Source: Nitriliruptorales bacterium
GTDB taxonomy: Bacteria; Actinomycetota; Nitriliruptoria; Nitriliruptorales; JAHWKO01
Direction: 5' to 3'
DNA: 59,389 nt
Assembly: GCA_050700895.1 (NCBI GenBank)
Contig: JBOHEE010000411.1
Span: 1 to 59,389, forward strand
A program made the position numbers and the translations under genes. Below, piece by piece: positions 19,317 through 29,217 of the stretch. Every line of letters begins with the position of its first letter. Position 1 is the first letter of the stretch. The notes beneath the pieces were generated by a model, which was given only the letters and a program-made list of their open reading frames with translations, made no database searches and was not told the origin of the DNA.

Positions 19317-19395
19317 GACTCGATCCTCACGGACGGCTGCGACGACGAGCGTAGACGAGGCGGGGGACGCCGCATGCGCGCGCCACCGGCCTTGC

Positions 19396-21375
19396 TCAGG
19401 ACGACGGCACGGTCGTCCCGGGGGCCGCGGGGGTCGCCACGACGACCCTGTCGCGACCGCCCTCCTTGGCCGCATAGAGCGCCCGGTCCGCCTGCCGCAC
19501 CAGGTCCTCGAGCGACCTGGCGTGGCGCGGGAAAACGGCCACGCCGAGCGACACGGTCACGGTGAGGTCGTGCCCGTCCGCGTGGATCGGGCTTCCTGAG
19601 ACGACCTCGCGCACGCGCTCGGCGCTCCGGCGCGCGCCGTCGAGGTCGGTCTCGGGCAGGACGAGCACGATCTCCTCGCCGCCGTACCGCGCCACGGTGT
19701 CCACCTCGCGCAGCTGCGCGGTGATGCGGCGGCTGACCTCGACGAGGACGTCGTCGCCCGCGGGGTGGCCGAAGCGGTCGTTCACGTCCTTGAAGTGGTC
19801 GATGTCGAGGAGGGCGAGGCCGAGCTCGTGGCCGAACCGGTTCGCGCGCTCGACCTCCTCCTGCACCCGCTGACGGAAGTAGCGGTGGTTCCACAGGCCG
19901 GTCAGCTCGTCGGTCACCGACGCCTGCTGTGCGGCCTCGTGGAGATGCACGTTGTCGATCGCGACCGACGCCTGCACCGCGAAGGAGCGCAGCGTCCGGT
20001 GGTCGCGATCGGTGAAGACGCGGTCGTCCGTGCGGTCGAAGAGAGCCAGGATGCCGATCACCGCGCCGGCGCCGGGCCGGAAGAGCGGTGCCGCGACCAT
20101 GGCCGTGGCGTGGGGCTCGCCGGGCGCCGGCTCGCGGTCGATGACGTCGGCATCGGCCGGAAGGCGCACGCCCGCCCCGACCTGGCAGATCCAACCGACG
20201 AACCCGTCGCCGACCGGGATCTCGGCGGTCAACTCGTCGTCGCTGAGCCCCTGCCCCACCTCGACCACGATCACAGAGCGGGCCTCGTCGAGCATGTAGA
20301 GCGCCGCACGTTCGGCCGAGAGCGCCTCGGCGCTCGCGTCCACCACCGATTCCAGGGTCCGCCGGAGATCGAGGCTCGAGCCGAGAGTCTGCCCGATGCG
20401 GTCGAGAGAGCGCTGGAGTGCATCCCGGGACACCTCCAGATCGCGGAGGCGGTCGCGAAGCGCGGCGGTGACCGCGTTCAACGCACCCCCGAGGGTTGCG
20501 ATCTCGTCCTCCCCGGCCACCTCGATTCGCCGGTCGAGGTCACCGGCGGTCACCTCGCGTGCGGCGCTGGCGAGCTCCTGGAGCGGCTGGACCACCAACC
20601 GGGCCGAGAGCCAGCCCAACGCCGCCGCCGCGATCGCCGAGGTGAGGACGAGGACACCGAGGCCGACGAGTACGAGCCGTCGCGACGCGCCGAGGTGCGC
20701 ACGCGAGACGCTGGCGGTGACCGTCCAACCCGAGACCTCGACCGTGCGTTCCGCCCGCCCCTCGAGCGCCTCCTCCGCCGTGTCCCCCACGACCCCCCCG
20801 TCGACGGCGAGGGTGAGCTCGACGGGGAGCTGTCCCTGGAGGTCGCGGGCGAGCCGGTCGTCGACCCAGCGGCCCGACAGGACGAAGCCGAGGGGTTCCC
20901 CTCGGAGCGACTCGACCGGACGGACGGTCCCGAGCACCCGGGGATCGACCGTGCCCTCGGCGGCCCGTAGCGCGAGCTCGTCCACCGTCGCCGGGGACCC
21001 CCGGGACGCCAGCTCCGGGGGACGGACCCGGCTCGCCAGGACCTCACCCTCGGGCGTCCCCACGACGACGACATCGGCACGGTCCGCCGGCAGGACGAGC
21101 CCGTCGAGCACCGCCTGGGCGGTGGCCGCGTCGCGGTCTTCGAGGGCGTCGCCGAGCGGGCGATCCGGGGCCACGAGGTCGGCGGCGGCGTCGTCGGCGC
21201 GGGACCGGACGAGCTCAACCTGCTCGAGGACGGCCTGCGTCGCGAGCGCGAGGTCGCGCTCGGAGCGGCGCTCGATCTCGCGGAACAGCGGGAGTCCGGC
21301 GACGAGCGCCGCGACGAGGACGGGGAGGACGACGACGAGCGTGAAGTACAGCGTCAGGCGCACGCGCAACGGCAC
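19396..21375 (-). CDS. Membrane sensor diguanylate cyclase (TM-sensor, HAMP, GAF, GGDEF)
   Basis: N-terminal TM, a second TM followed by HAMP (PLQELASAAREVTAGDLDRRIEV), a GAF-like middle domain, and a C-terminal GGDEF domain with RYGGEEIVLVL. An RxxD I-site (REVD) lies 5 residues upstream. Confidence 0.85.
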   Translation of the reverse strand: MPLRVRLTLYFTLVVVLPVLVAALVAGLPLFREIERRSERDLALATQAVLEQVELVRSRADDAAADLVAPDRPLGDALEDRDAATAQAVLDGLVLPADRADVVVVGTPEGEVLASRVRPPELASRGSPATVDELALRAAEGTVDPRVLGTVRPVESLRGEPLGFVLSGRWVDDRLARDLQGQLPVELTLAVDGGVVGDTAEEALEGRAERTVEVSGWTVTASVSRAHLGASRRLVLVGLGVLVLTSAIAAAALGWLSARLVVQPLQELASAAREVTAGDLDRRIEVAGEDEIATLGGALNAVTAALRDRLRDLEVSRDALQRSLDRIGQTLGSSLDLRRTLESVVDASAEALSAERAALYMLDEARSVIVVEVGQGLSDDELTAEIPVGDGFVGWICQVGAGVRLPADADVIDREPAPGEPHATAMVAAPLFRPGAGAVIGILALFDRTDDRVFTDRDHRTLRSFAVQASVAIDNVHLHEAAQQASVTDELTGLWNHRYFRQRVQEEVERANRFGHELGLALLDIDHFKDVNDRFGHPAGDDVLVEVSRRITAQLREVDTVARYGGEEIVLVLPETDLDGARRSAERVREVVSGSPIHADGHDLTVTVSLGVAVFPRHARSLEDLVRQADRALYAAKEGGRDRVVVATPAAPGTTVPSS

Positions 21376-21506
21376 TCGTCGCCTCCTCGTCCTCCCACCC
21401 CCGGAGGGGCGATGCGCGGGTCCACCCTACGCTGTCCCGGCCGGGCCGGCCGCGTGCCGGAAATGGTGCGGTACGAGCCCACGACGGGCAACGGACGGGA
21501 AGCGCG

Positions 21507-22082
21507 GTGGATGCCAAGAACGCGTTGCGCGCCGAGATGCGACGCCTGCGCACGGCGATCCCCGGCGGGGAGCGCACGTCCGCCGCCGCCGCCGTGTGCC
21601 GCAGCCTCCTGGAGCTGCCGCAGCTCCACGACGCCACCGCGATCGCCCTCTACGCCCCCCTGCCGGAGGAACTCGACGTCGTGCCGGCGCTGCTCGCGCT
21701 CAGCGAGGACGGGGTCGCGGTGCTCCTCCCCCGCGTGGCCGACGACGACCTCGAGCTCGTTCCGTTCACGAGTACGAGCGCGCTGGCGCCCGGCTACCGC
21801 GGCGTGAGGGAGCCCACCGGGACCCCGGCGGGCGACCGCCTCGACGCGGTCGTCGTCCCCGGACTCGCGTTCGACCGTTCCGGCCGACGGCTCGGTCAAG
21901 GTGGGGGCCACTACGACCGGCTCCTCGCGCGTCTCGGCTCCGGGCCGGTGCGGATCGGTGTCGGCTTCGACTTCCAGGTCGTCGCCGAGGTCCCCGCGGT
22001 GGCGCACGACGAGCGCGTCGATCTGATCGTGACCGAACGGCGGACGATCCCCACAGAGGCGGGCGAACACTTGCCCGACTAA
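21507..22082 (+). CDS. 5-formyltetrahydrofolate cyclo-ligase
   Basis: 191 aa. KNALRAEMRR..., VVVPGLAFDRSGRRLGQGGGHYDR is a typical MTHFS motif. Confidence 0.85.
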   Translation: MDAKNALRAEMRRLRTAIPGGERTSAAAAVCRSLLELPQLHDATAIALYAPLPEELDVVPALLALSEDGVAVLLPRVADDDLELVPFTSTSALAPGYRGVREPTGTPAGDRLDAVVVPGLAFDRSGRRLGQGGGHYDRLLARLGSGPVRIGVGFDFQVVAEVPAVAHDERVDLIVTERRTIPTEAGEHLPD

Positions 22083-22179
22083 CGGGAACAGCCCATACTG
22101 CTCAACCGTTGTCACTCGACGACGGGGAGTGCCAGGCGGTTCCGGCCTGGCTCGTGTCACGGAGGGGTTGACGGAGAAG

Positions 22180-22506
22180 ATGCCGACGTACGAGTACGCA
22201 TGCCGCGACTGCGGCGAGCACCTCGAGGTCGTCCAGTCGTTCAAGGACGACGCGTTGGAGGTCTGCCCGTCATGTGACGGTCGTCTGCGCAAGGTCTTCA
22301 GCGCCGCCGGGATCGTCTTCAAGGGGTCCGGCTGGCACGTCAAGGACTACGCCCGCTCCACGCCCGGCCAGAAGAGCGACTCGAGCTCGAGCTCCGACTC
22401 CGACAGCTCGAAGTCCTCCTCCGCCTCCGCCTCCGCCTCCGCCCCCTCCTCCGCCTCGTCCGAGTCGAGCTCCTCGTCGTCGGACGCGGAGAAGAAGTCC
22501 GCCTGA
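22180..22506 (+). CDS. FmdB-family zinc-ribbon protein with Ser-rich tail
   Basis: MPTYEYACRDCGEHLEVVQSFKDDALEVCPSCDGRLRKVF (CxxC...CxxC). ATG at 22180. The low-complexity Ser/Ala/Asp C-terminus is normal for this family. Confidence 0.85.
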   Translation: MPTYEYACRDCGEHLEVVQSFKDDALEVCPSCDGRLRKVFSAAGIVFKGSGWHVKDYARSTPGQKSDSSSSSDSDSSKSSSASASASAPSSASSESSSSSSDAEKKSA

Positions 22507-22507
22507 G

Positions 22508-23338
22508 GTGACCGAGCCGCTGTCCTCGGCCGAGATCGGCATCCTCGGCGGCTCCGGCTTCTACGAATTCCTCACGGACGCCGAGGAGCTGCGCGTCGAC
22601 ACCCCGTTCGGCGAGCCGTCCGACGCCGTCGTCGTGGGGACGTTCGGCGGGCGGCAGGTGGCCTTCCTGCCCCGCCACGGCCGCGGCCACCGCACACCAC
22701 CTCACCGCATCAACTACCGCGCGAACCTCTGGGCCTTGAAGGAGCTCGGGATCAGCCGCCTCCTCGCCCCGTGCGCCGTGGGCTCGCTCCGCGCCGACCT
22801 CCCCCCGGGGACGTTCGTCGTGCTCGATCAGCTCGTCGACCGGACGTGGGGTCGCCCCGACACCTACTTCGACGGTCCCGGGTCGGCGGGCGGGGACGAG
22901 CGCGTGACCCACGTCTCGCTCGCCGAGCCCTACTGCTCGCAGCTCCGCGACGTCGCGGCGGCCAGCCTCGCCGAGCTCGGCATCGCGCACGAGCTGACCG
23001 GGGCGCTCGTCGTGATCCAGGGGCCGCGCTTCGCCACGAAGGCCGAGTCGCGCTGGTTCGGCCGCAACGGCGGGGACGTGATCGGCATGACCCAGTGCCC
23101 GGAGATCCCGCTGGCGCGCGAGCTCGAGCTGTGTCCCCTGGGCATCGCGCTCGTCACGGACTACGACGCCGGGCTGGAGGACGAGCCCGACATCGAAGCG
23201 GTCACGAGCGCCGCCGTGCTCGAGGTGTTCCAGCAGAACGTCGGCAACCTCCGACGGCTGCTCGAGCACCTCGTGCCCGCCCTCCCGGTGAAGCGCACGT
23301 GCCGCTGCGGGCACACCCTCGAGGGCGCCCAGCTCTAG
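22508..23338 (+). CDS. mtnP: S-methyl-5'-thioadenosine phosphorylase
   Basis: GTG 22508 (VTEPLSSAEIGILGGSGFYEF). FLPRHGRGHRTPPHRINYRANLWALKELG and MTQCPE motifs. Confidence 0.9.
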   Translation: MTEPLSSAEIGILGGSGFYEFLTDAEELRVDTPFGEPSDAVVVGTFGGRQVAFLPRHGRGHRTPPHRINYRANLWALKELGISRLLAPCAVGSLRADLPPGTFVVLDQLVDRTWGRPDTYFDGPGSAGGDERVTHVSLAEPYCSQLRDVAAASLAELGIAHELTGALVVIQGPRFATKAESRWFGRNGGDVIGMTQCPEIPLARELELCPLGIALVTDYDAGLEDEPDIEAVTSAAVLEVFQQNVGNLRRLLEHLVPALPVKRTCRCGHTLEGAQL

Positions 23339-23405
23339 CCCAGCCATCCACAGGGCAACGGCGGTTCGTCACCCGCTCCCGCCTCCGACGTGGTGTGCTG
23401 GAGGG

Positions 23406-24065
23406 GTGGCATCCGGACTCCGCGCCAGACTCGACCTGGCCCGCCTCCTCGGCGGGCCACCCGTCCGTCTCCCTCCGGCCCTCGACCGGCTGGCCGAACG
23501 GTGGGCGATGGCGGCACCGCGCGTCCGTCTCGCCGTCATCCTCGCCAGCGTCCTCGTCGTGGTGATGATCGCGGGACGTGGGGCGACCCGCTCGCCGTGG
23601 GGTGCTCCCACGTCAGTCGTCGTCGCGAGCACGGATCTTCGCGCCGGCCACCGGGTCGGGCCTGACGACGTCAGGCTGGCGCAGTGGCCGACCGGGCTGG
23701 TCCCGGAGCACGCCATCGTCGACCCGGCCGAGGCGGTCGGGCGCGACATCGCTGCACCGGTCGCCGCCGGCCTGCCGCTCACGGTGACGAGCCTCGCCGA
23801 CGCAGGTCCCGCAGCCGGAGTCCCGGCGGGGCGGGTCGCTCTCCCGGTCGAGATTCCCGGCTCGGAGCGGCTGCGCGTCGGCCAACGAGTGGATGTACTC
23901 GCGGGTGACGGCGCCGGGTCGGGCGTGCGGCTCGCCTCGGTCGCGCGGGTGCTCGCCGTCGACGGGGAGGTCGTCTGGCTCGAGGTCGGTCGCGACGAGG
24001 CGCCCGCCGTCGCGGGAGCCGCCCGTTGGGGCGAGCTCACCCTCGCCGTGCTGCCTCCGGAGTAA
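23406..24065 (+). CDS. SAF-domain protein, CpaB/RcpC-like
   Basis: A TM (RLAVILASVLVVVMIAG) is followed by a SAF-like domain (VVVASTDLRAGHRVGPDDVRLAQWP). An alternative ATG start is at 23508. Confidence 0.6.
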   Translation: MASGLRARLDLARLLGGPPVRLPPALDRLAERWAMAAPRVRLAVILASVLVVVMIAGRGATRSPWGAPTSVVVASTDLRAGHRVGPDDVRLAQWPTGLVPEHAIVDPAEAVGRDIAAPVAAGLPLTVTSLADAGPAAGVPAGRVALPVEIPGSERLRVGQRVDVLAGDGAGSGVRLASVARVLAVDGEVVWLEVGRDEAPAVAGAARWGELTLAVLPPE

Positions 24066-24094
24066 CCTTCGTCGCTCACCACCCCGGAGCGCAC

Positions 24095-24994
24095 GTGCTC
24101 GACGCGATCCTCTCGAACCCCTACGTGCAGGCGATCATCCTCGGCATCGTCCAGGGGCTGACCGAGTTCCTGCCGGTCTCGTCGTCGGGTCACCTCGTCG
24201 TCATGCCCTACCTCTTCTCGTGGCCAGCACCCGGCCTGACCTTCGACGTCGCCCTGCATGCGGGGACGCTCGTCGCGGTCGTCGGCTTCTTCATCGGCGA
24301 CATCTGGTACCTGCTGACCCGCTCGTTCGGCTACGGGATCGTCCAGGAGGGGGAGGCGGCCCGCGCCCGGCGCACGGTCGGCCTCCTGGCGCTCGGCACC
24401 GTCCCGGCCGGCGTGGCCGGCATCACGCTCGAGTCGACGTTCGAGACGGCGTTCGAGCGGCCGCTGTGGACCGCCGGCTTCTTCCTCGTCACCGCCGTCG
24501 TCCTCTGGGGGGCCGAGAGGCTGCGCGCGCGGCGTGCCCGCATGGCCGGGATCGACGACGTCGCCGTGCAGGTCGGCCGCGACGAGACCACGATCGGGTG
24601 GGGCGACGCCGGCACGATCGGCGTCGCCCAGGCCTTCGCGCTCTTTCCCGGCCTCTCCCGGTCTGGCGCCACCATCGCCGCGGGCATGGCGCTCGGCCTG
24701 AACCGCACCGCGGCGGCACGATTCTCCTTCCTGCTGATGATCCCGGCGGTGGCCGGCGCCACGGTCGTCAGCCTGCCGGAGCTCGCCGACACGGGGGCGA
24801 ACGGTGGTCCCTACGGCGTGCCCGAAGCGGCGATCGGGGCGCTGGCGGCCGCGCTGGCCGGCTACTGGGCGATCCGCTTCCTCCTCCGCCTCGTCGCCCG
24901 CGAGGACCTCACGGGCTTCGCGCGCTACCTCGTCCTCGCCGCCGCACTGACCGGCATCGGCTACCTCTGGATCGGCCCGATCAGCCAGGTGTGA
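24095..24994 (+). CDS. uppP: Undecaprenyl-diphosphate phosphatase
   Basis: GTG 24095. IILGIVQGLTEFLPVSSSGHL and PGLSRSGATI are BacA/UppP signature motifs. Confidence 0.92.
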   Translation: MLDAILSNPYVQAIILGIVQGLTEFLPVSSSGHLVVMPYLFSWPAPGLTFDVALHAGTLVAVVGFFIGDIWYLLTRSFGYGIVQEGEAARARRTVGLLALGTVPAGVAGITLESTFETAFERPLWTAGFFLVTAVVLWGAERLRARRARMAGIDDVAVQVGRDETTIGWGDAGTIGVAQAFALFPGLSRSGATIAAGMALGLNRTAAARFSFLLMIPAVAGATVVSLPELADTGANGGPYGVPEAAIGALAAALAGYWAIRFLLRLVAREDLTGFARYLVLAAALTGIGYLWIGPISQV

Positions 24995-25342
24995 GGCGGA
25001 GCTCGATCGCCGCGTCCAGCAGGCCGACGAGCGTCTCCTCGTCGAGGTCGGGCGAGGTGACCGTCACGTGGCGGGTCCGGGACCCGTCTCCCCCCAGAAC
25101 ACCGGCCGGGTCGTCGAGCTCCGCGCCGTGCTCGAACAGGAGCCGGACGTGGTCGGCCTGCGGAAGGATGCCGCGACGTAGCCGGCTTCCGGATGCCGCA
25201 AGCCGATCCCGTTCCATCCCGGGTAGGCACGCCCCGTCACACCTGGGAGGGAACGACGGACGAACTCCCTGAGGGCGTCCGCGATCCGGCGCACCTCGGG
25301 CGAGTGGTCGGCGAGGATGTCCTCGGGCGTGGAGTCGGCCAT
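24981..25342 (-). pseudogene. DUF1801-family protein gene interrupted by a 1-nt frameshift near 25168-25175
   Basis: ORF 25064..25342 (MADSTPEDILADHSPEVRRIADALREFVRRSLPG...GLRHPEAGYVAA) continues in another frame as ORF 24981..25217 (...ILPQADHVRLLFEHGAELDDPAGVLGGDGSRTRHVTV...). The junction lies in a short G run, so a sequencing indel is equally possible. Confidence 0.6.
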
Positions 25343-25446
25343 GGCCGGCCGATGCTACGCCGCCGACCCCCTTCCTCCGCCGTTCCTGACGGCCTCACCG
25401 GCGCTCGGCACGCGTGAACACCATGAGACGAAGGTCTGCTGGGGCG

Positions 25447-27129
25447 TCATGCCGTCCGACGGGTCAGAGGCTTGTAGCGGACGCGGTGGGGGCGCTCGGC
25501 CTCGGCGCCCAGACGACGCCGACGGTCCTCCTCGTACTCGGTGTAGCCGCCGGGGTAGCAGAACGCCTGGCTGTCCCCCTCGAAGGCGAGGATGTGGGTC
25601 GCGACTCGGTCGAGGAGCCAGCGGTCGTGGCTGACGACCATCGCCGAACCCGCGAAGTCGAGGAGCCCCGCCTCGAGCGCGCGTAGCGTGTCGACGTCGA
25701 GGTCGTTCGACGGCTCGTCGAGCAGGAGCAGGTTGCCGCCGGTGCGGAGCAGCTTCGCGAGGTGGATGCGGTTGCGCTCGCCGCCCGAACAGTTGCCGAC
25801 CTTCTTCTGCTGGTCCGGGCCCTTGAAGTTGAACGTCGCGACGTAGGCGCGGCCGTTCACCTCGCGTCCACCGACCTCGAGGAGATCCTGGCCGTCGGTG
25901 ATCTCCTCGAAGACCGTGCGGTCGGAGTCGAGGGCGTCGCGGTGCTGGCCGACGTAGGCGAGCTCGACCGTGTCCCCGACGCGGAGCGATCCGCCGTCGG
26001 GCTGCTCCTCGCCGACGATCATGCGGAAGAGGGTCGTCTTGCCGACCCCGTTCGCGCCGATGATCCCGACGATCCCTCCCGGCGGGACGCTGAAGCTGAG
26101 GTCGTCGAAGAGGAGGCGGTCCTCGTAGCCCTTCGAGAGCCCGTCGGCCTCGACGACGAGGTCGCCGAGACGCTCCCCGCTCGGGATCGTGATCTCGGCG
26201 GCGCCGCTGCGCTGCGCGGGGCCCTGCGAGGCAAGCTCCTCGTACGCCTTCAGCCGCGCCTTCGACTTCGCCTGCCGCACCTTCGGGGACGCGCGGACCC
26301 ACTCGAGCTCACGCGAAAGCGTGCGCTGGCGGGCCGACTCGCTCTTCTCCTCCTGCGCGAGGCGGGCTCGCTTCTGCTCGAGCCAGCCGGAGTAGTTGCC
26401 CTCGTAGGGGTAGGTCCGGCCGCGGTCGATCTCGAGGATCCAGCCCGCGACCTCGTCGAGGAAGTAGCGGTCGTGGGTCACAGCGACGACCGTCCCCGGG
26501 TACTCCTGGAGGTGCTGCTGGAGCCAGGCGACCGACTCGGCGTCGAGGTGGTTCGTCGGCTCGTCGAGCAGCAGGAGGTCGGGGCGCGACAGGAGGAGGC
26601 GGCAAAGGGCCACCCGACGGCGCTCACCGCCGGAGAGGGTCGTGACGTCGGTCTCGCCCGGCGGGACCCGAAGGGCGTCCATCGCGATCTCGATCGTGCG
26701 GTCGAGGTCCCAGGCGTTCGCGGCCTCGATCGCGTCCTGGACCTCGGCGAACTCGTCGTAGACCTTCGCCATCTCGTCGTCGACGAGCGGCTCGGCCATG
26801 CGCGCGCTCAGCGCGTTGAAGCGGTCGAGGAGCGCGGCGACCTCACCGGCGCCGTCCATGACGTTGCCGCGGACGTCCTTGGCGGGGTCGAGGTCCGGTT
26901 CCTGCGGCAGGAAGCCGACCCGCGCGCCCGCGGCTGGCCAGGCCTCGCCCTCGAACTCGGCGTCGACCCCGGCCATGATCTTCAGCAGCGACGACTTCCC
27001 GGCGCCGTTCGGCCCGATGACACCGATCTTCGCGCCGGGCAGGAACGACAGCCAGATGCCCTCGAGGATCGTCCGGCTCGGCGGGACGACCTTCGAGAGC
27101 CCCTTCATCACGTAGATGTACTCAGCCAC
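25447..27129 (-). CDS. ettA: Energy-dependent translational throttle protein EttA (ABC-F ATPase)
   Basis: GTG 27129 ([22 protein letters not shown]). Two ABC cassettes ([34 protein letters not shown]). Only the last 560 codons of the 1089-aa track ORF are real. Confidence 0.95.
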   Translation of the reverse strand: MAEYIYVMKGLSKVVPPSRTILEGIWLSFLPGAKIGVIGPNGAGKSSLLKIMAGVDAEFEGEAWPAAGARVGFLPQEPDLDPAKDVRGNVMDGAGEVAALLDRFNALSARMAEPLVDDEMAKVYDEFAEVQDAIEAANAWDLDRTIEIAMDALRVPPGETDVTTLSGGERRRVALCRLLLSRPDLLLLDEPTNHLDAESVAWLQQHLQEYPGTVVAVTHDRYFLDEVAGWILEIDRGRTYPYEGNYSGWLEQKRARLAQEEKSESARQRTLSRELEWVRASPKVRQAKSKARLKAYEELASQGPAQRSGAAEITIPSGERLGDLVVEADGLSKGYEDRLLFDDLSFSVPPGGIVGIIGANGVGKTTLFRMIVGEEQPDGGSLRVGDTVELAYVGQHRDALDSDRTVFEEITDGQDLLEVGGREVNGRAYVATFNFKGPDQQKKVGNCSGGERNRIHLAKLLRTGGNLLLLDEPSNDLDVDTLRALEAGLLDFAGSAMVVSHDRWLLDRVATHILAFEGDSQAFCYPGGYTEYEEDRRRRLGAEAERPHRVRYKPLTRRTA

Positions 27130-27190
27130 ACTGACTCTCTCTTGGGTCCCTGGGAGGCTACCGAGGGATCTGAGCGCTCCCAGCCGCGCA

Positions 27191-27281
27191 GGGGGCCCTC
27201 CGCGCCCACGGGTACCGTTCGATGCGGATCCGCACCCCGGACGCGGCAGCGGGGGGCCCTCCGCGCCCGCCGGTACCGTTC
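27191..27281. repeat. Two 30-bp direct repeats in the ettA / spermidine-synthase-like divergent spacer
   Basis: GGGGGCCCTCCGCGCCCACGGGTACCGTTC (27191..27220) and GGGGGCCCTCCGCGCCCGCCGGTACCGTTC (27252..27281) match at 28 of 30 positions, with a 61-bp period. The second copy ends 4 nt before the ATG at 27286. Confidence 0.8.
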
Positions 27282-27285
27282 CGGC

Positions 27286-28752
27286 ATGCCCCCTGTGGCC
27301 GCCGGCCTCCTCGTCTTCTTCACGTCCGCCGCGATCCTCGTGCTCGAGATCCTCGCCGGTCGGATGCTGGCCCCCTACGTGGGGGTCACGCTCGAGACGT
27401 TCACCGGGATCATCGGGACGGTCCTCGCCGGCATCTCGTTCGGGAGCTGGGCCGGGGGCCGCGTCGCCGACCGGATCCACCCCAGACGCCTCCTCGGCCC
27501 GCTCGTCGTCGCCGGCGGCGTCCTCGCGCTCGCCGCGCCTCTCGCCGTGGCGACCGCTGGCGCCGCCGTCCGTAACACCGGCCCCCTCGCGATCGTGATC
27601 CTCGCGGGCGTGGGGTTCTTCGCGCCCGCGGCCGTGCTCAGCGCGGTCACCCCGACCGTGGTGAAGCTCCAGCTGAGGGACCTCGACGTCACCGGGACGA
27701 TCGTCGGACGGCTCTCGGCGCTGGCGACGGCTGGGGCGATCGTCGGGACCTTCGTGACCGGCTTCGCACTCGTCGCCGCGCTCCCGAGCCGCACGATCGT
27801 GCTCGGAGTGGGTGCCGCGCTCGTGGTCGCCGGCGCCGGGGTGTGGTGGGTGCTGTGGCCGGACCGAACCGGCCTGGGCACCGCGGTGGTCATCGGCGTG
27901 CTCGCGGTCGGCACGGTGGCGGCGGTGCCGGGGGCCTGTGACCGCGAGAGCCCGTACTTCTGCGCCTCTGTCATCCCCGAGGACGACGACCCCTCGCGGC
28001 GCCTCCTTCTGCTCGACACGGTTCGCCACAGCTACGTGGACGTCGACGACCCGACCCACCTTCAGTTCACCTACGCCCAGACCATGAGCGACGTGCTCGC
28101 GACCCTCGCCCCGCCGGGCGAGCCGCTCGACGTCCTCCACGTCGGCGGCGGCGGGTTCACGATGCCGCGCTACGTCCGCGCGACCCGCCCCGGGAGCCGC
28201 AACGTGGTGCTCGAGCTCGACCCGATGCTGGTCCGGATCGCGGAGGATGAGCTCGGTCTCGAGCGGGGGCCCGACCTCCAGGTGATCACCGGGGATGCCC
28301 GGCTCACACTCGCCGGCCAGCCCGAAGGGGCGTTCGATGTCGTCATCGGGGACGCGTTCGGGGGGCTCGCGGTGCCGTGGCACCTCACCACGGTCGAGTT
28401 CCTCACCGACCTCCGGGCCCGCCTGCGGCCCGGCGGCGTCTACGCGATGAACCTCATCGACTATCCCCCGCTCGGGTTCGCCCGGGCCGAGGTGGCGACG
28501 CTCCGCGCCGTCTTCGACCACGTCGCCGTCCTCGCTCCACCCGATCGGCTGTCGGGTGACGACGGCGGCAACTTCGTCGTCGTCGCGTCGGACGCGCCGC
28601 TCGGCCTCGAGGCGATCCTCGGTCGCAACGCCGCCCGCGGGGACAACGAGGCCGCGCTCGTGGAATGCGAGCTCGACGCCTTCGTCGGCGACGCCGCCGT
28701 CCTCACCGACGACCACGCGCCGGTCGACCAGCTTCTCACGACCCGCCGCTGA
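27286..28752 (+). CDS. Fused polytopic-membrane / spermidine-synthase-like methyltransferase-fold protein
   Basis: ATG 27286. ~220 aa of TM helices, then [13 protein letters not shown]...VLELDP...VIGDAF is a SpeE-like fold. The first 508 codons of track ORF 25762..28752 are antisense to ettA. Confidence 0.8.
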   Translation: MPPVAAGLLVFFTSAAILVLEILAGRMLAPYVGVTLETFTGIIGTVLAGISFGSWAGGRVADRIHPRRLLGPLVVAGGVLALAAPLAVATAGAAVRNTGPLAIVILAGVGFFAPAAVLSAVTPTVVKLQLRDLDVTGTIVGRLSALATAGAIVGTFVTGFALVAALPSRTIVLGVGAALVVAGAGVWWVLWPDRTGLGTAVVIGVLAVGTVAAVPGACDRESPYFCASVIPEDDDPSRRLLLLDTVRHSYVDVDDPTHLQFTYAQTMSDVLATLAPPGEPLDVLHVGGGGFTMPRYVRATRPGSRNVVLELDPMLVRIAEDELGLERGPDLQVITGDARLTLAGQPEGAFDVVIGDAFGGLAVPWHLTTVEFLTDLRARLRPGGVYAMNLIDYPPLGFARAEVATLRAVFDHVAVLAPPDRLSGDDGGNFVVVASDAPLGLEAILGRNAARGDNEAALVECELDAFVGDAAVLTDDHAPVDQLLTTRR

Positions 28753-28768
28753 CTAGGTCAGGCACGTG

Positions 28769-28966
28769 TCAACTTGGGTGACGCTCGATGTGGGCGTCGA
28801 TGCGAGCGCTCAAGGCGTCGATGCGGGCTTCAACGCGGTCGAAGCGGGCGCCGAACTCCTGGCGCAGGTCACGCCCCAGGGCGTCCATCCGCGTGACGAG
28901 GAAGTAGACGATCCCCAGCGTCGTGAGGATCTGGGTCGCGACGATCGTCAAGGTGTCCGGACTCAC
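28769..28966 (-). CDS. Small hypothetical membrane/coiled-coil protein
   Basis: 65 codons. One TM (IVATQILTTLGIVYFLV) then a heptad-like tail (RFDRVEARIDALSARIDAHIERH). GTG start with weak RBS. No family recognised. Confidence 0.3.
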   Translation of the reverse strand: MSPDTLTIVATQILTTLGIVYFLVTRMDALGRDLRQEFGARFDRVEARIDALSARIDAHIERHPS

Positions 28967-29069
28967 AGCCTCATCGTACGAGGGAAGGCCGAGCCTGCCG
29001 ATGGCGGATCACCGGAGGCTGTGGACGAGACGGCCTCGGTACCCTCTCCTGCGGCACTTTCGACGCTAA

Positions 29070-29145
29070 GCCCCCGTAGCTCAGTGGATAGAGCAGTGGT
29101 TTCCTAAACCATGCGTCGCAAGTTCGATTCTTGCCGGGGGCGCCA
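29070..29145 (+). tRNA. tRNA-Arg (anticodon CCT), CCA encoded
   Basis: GCCCCCGTAGCTCAGTGGATAGAGCAGTGGTTTCCTAAACCATGCGTCGCAAGTTCGATTCTTGCCGGGGGCGCCA forms a clean cloverleaf. Anticodon loop TTCCTAA. Confidence 0.95.
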
Positions 29146-29217
29146 ATGTAAGTCCTGTTCAGAGCGTTGTCTGGCTGGCCGGGAACCTCAAGTGAGAGGT
29201 TCGGTTTCTGACTGGCC

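Noticed and set aside
22380-22500. Serine-codon-rich repetitive DNA (tcc gcc tcc gcc ...)
   Set aside because: It lies in frame within the FmdB-family gene and encodes its usual low-complexity Ser/Ala/Asp tail. It is not an independent repeat element.
25762-27285. First 508 codons of the 996-aa plus-strand ORF 25762..28752
   Set aside because: It is antisense to ettA, which has two clear ABC cassettes on the minus strand. Only the part from ATG 27286 (TM helices plus SpeE-like fold) is accepted.
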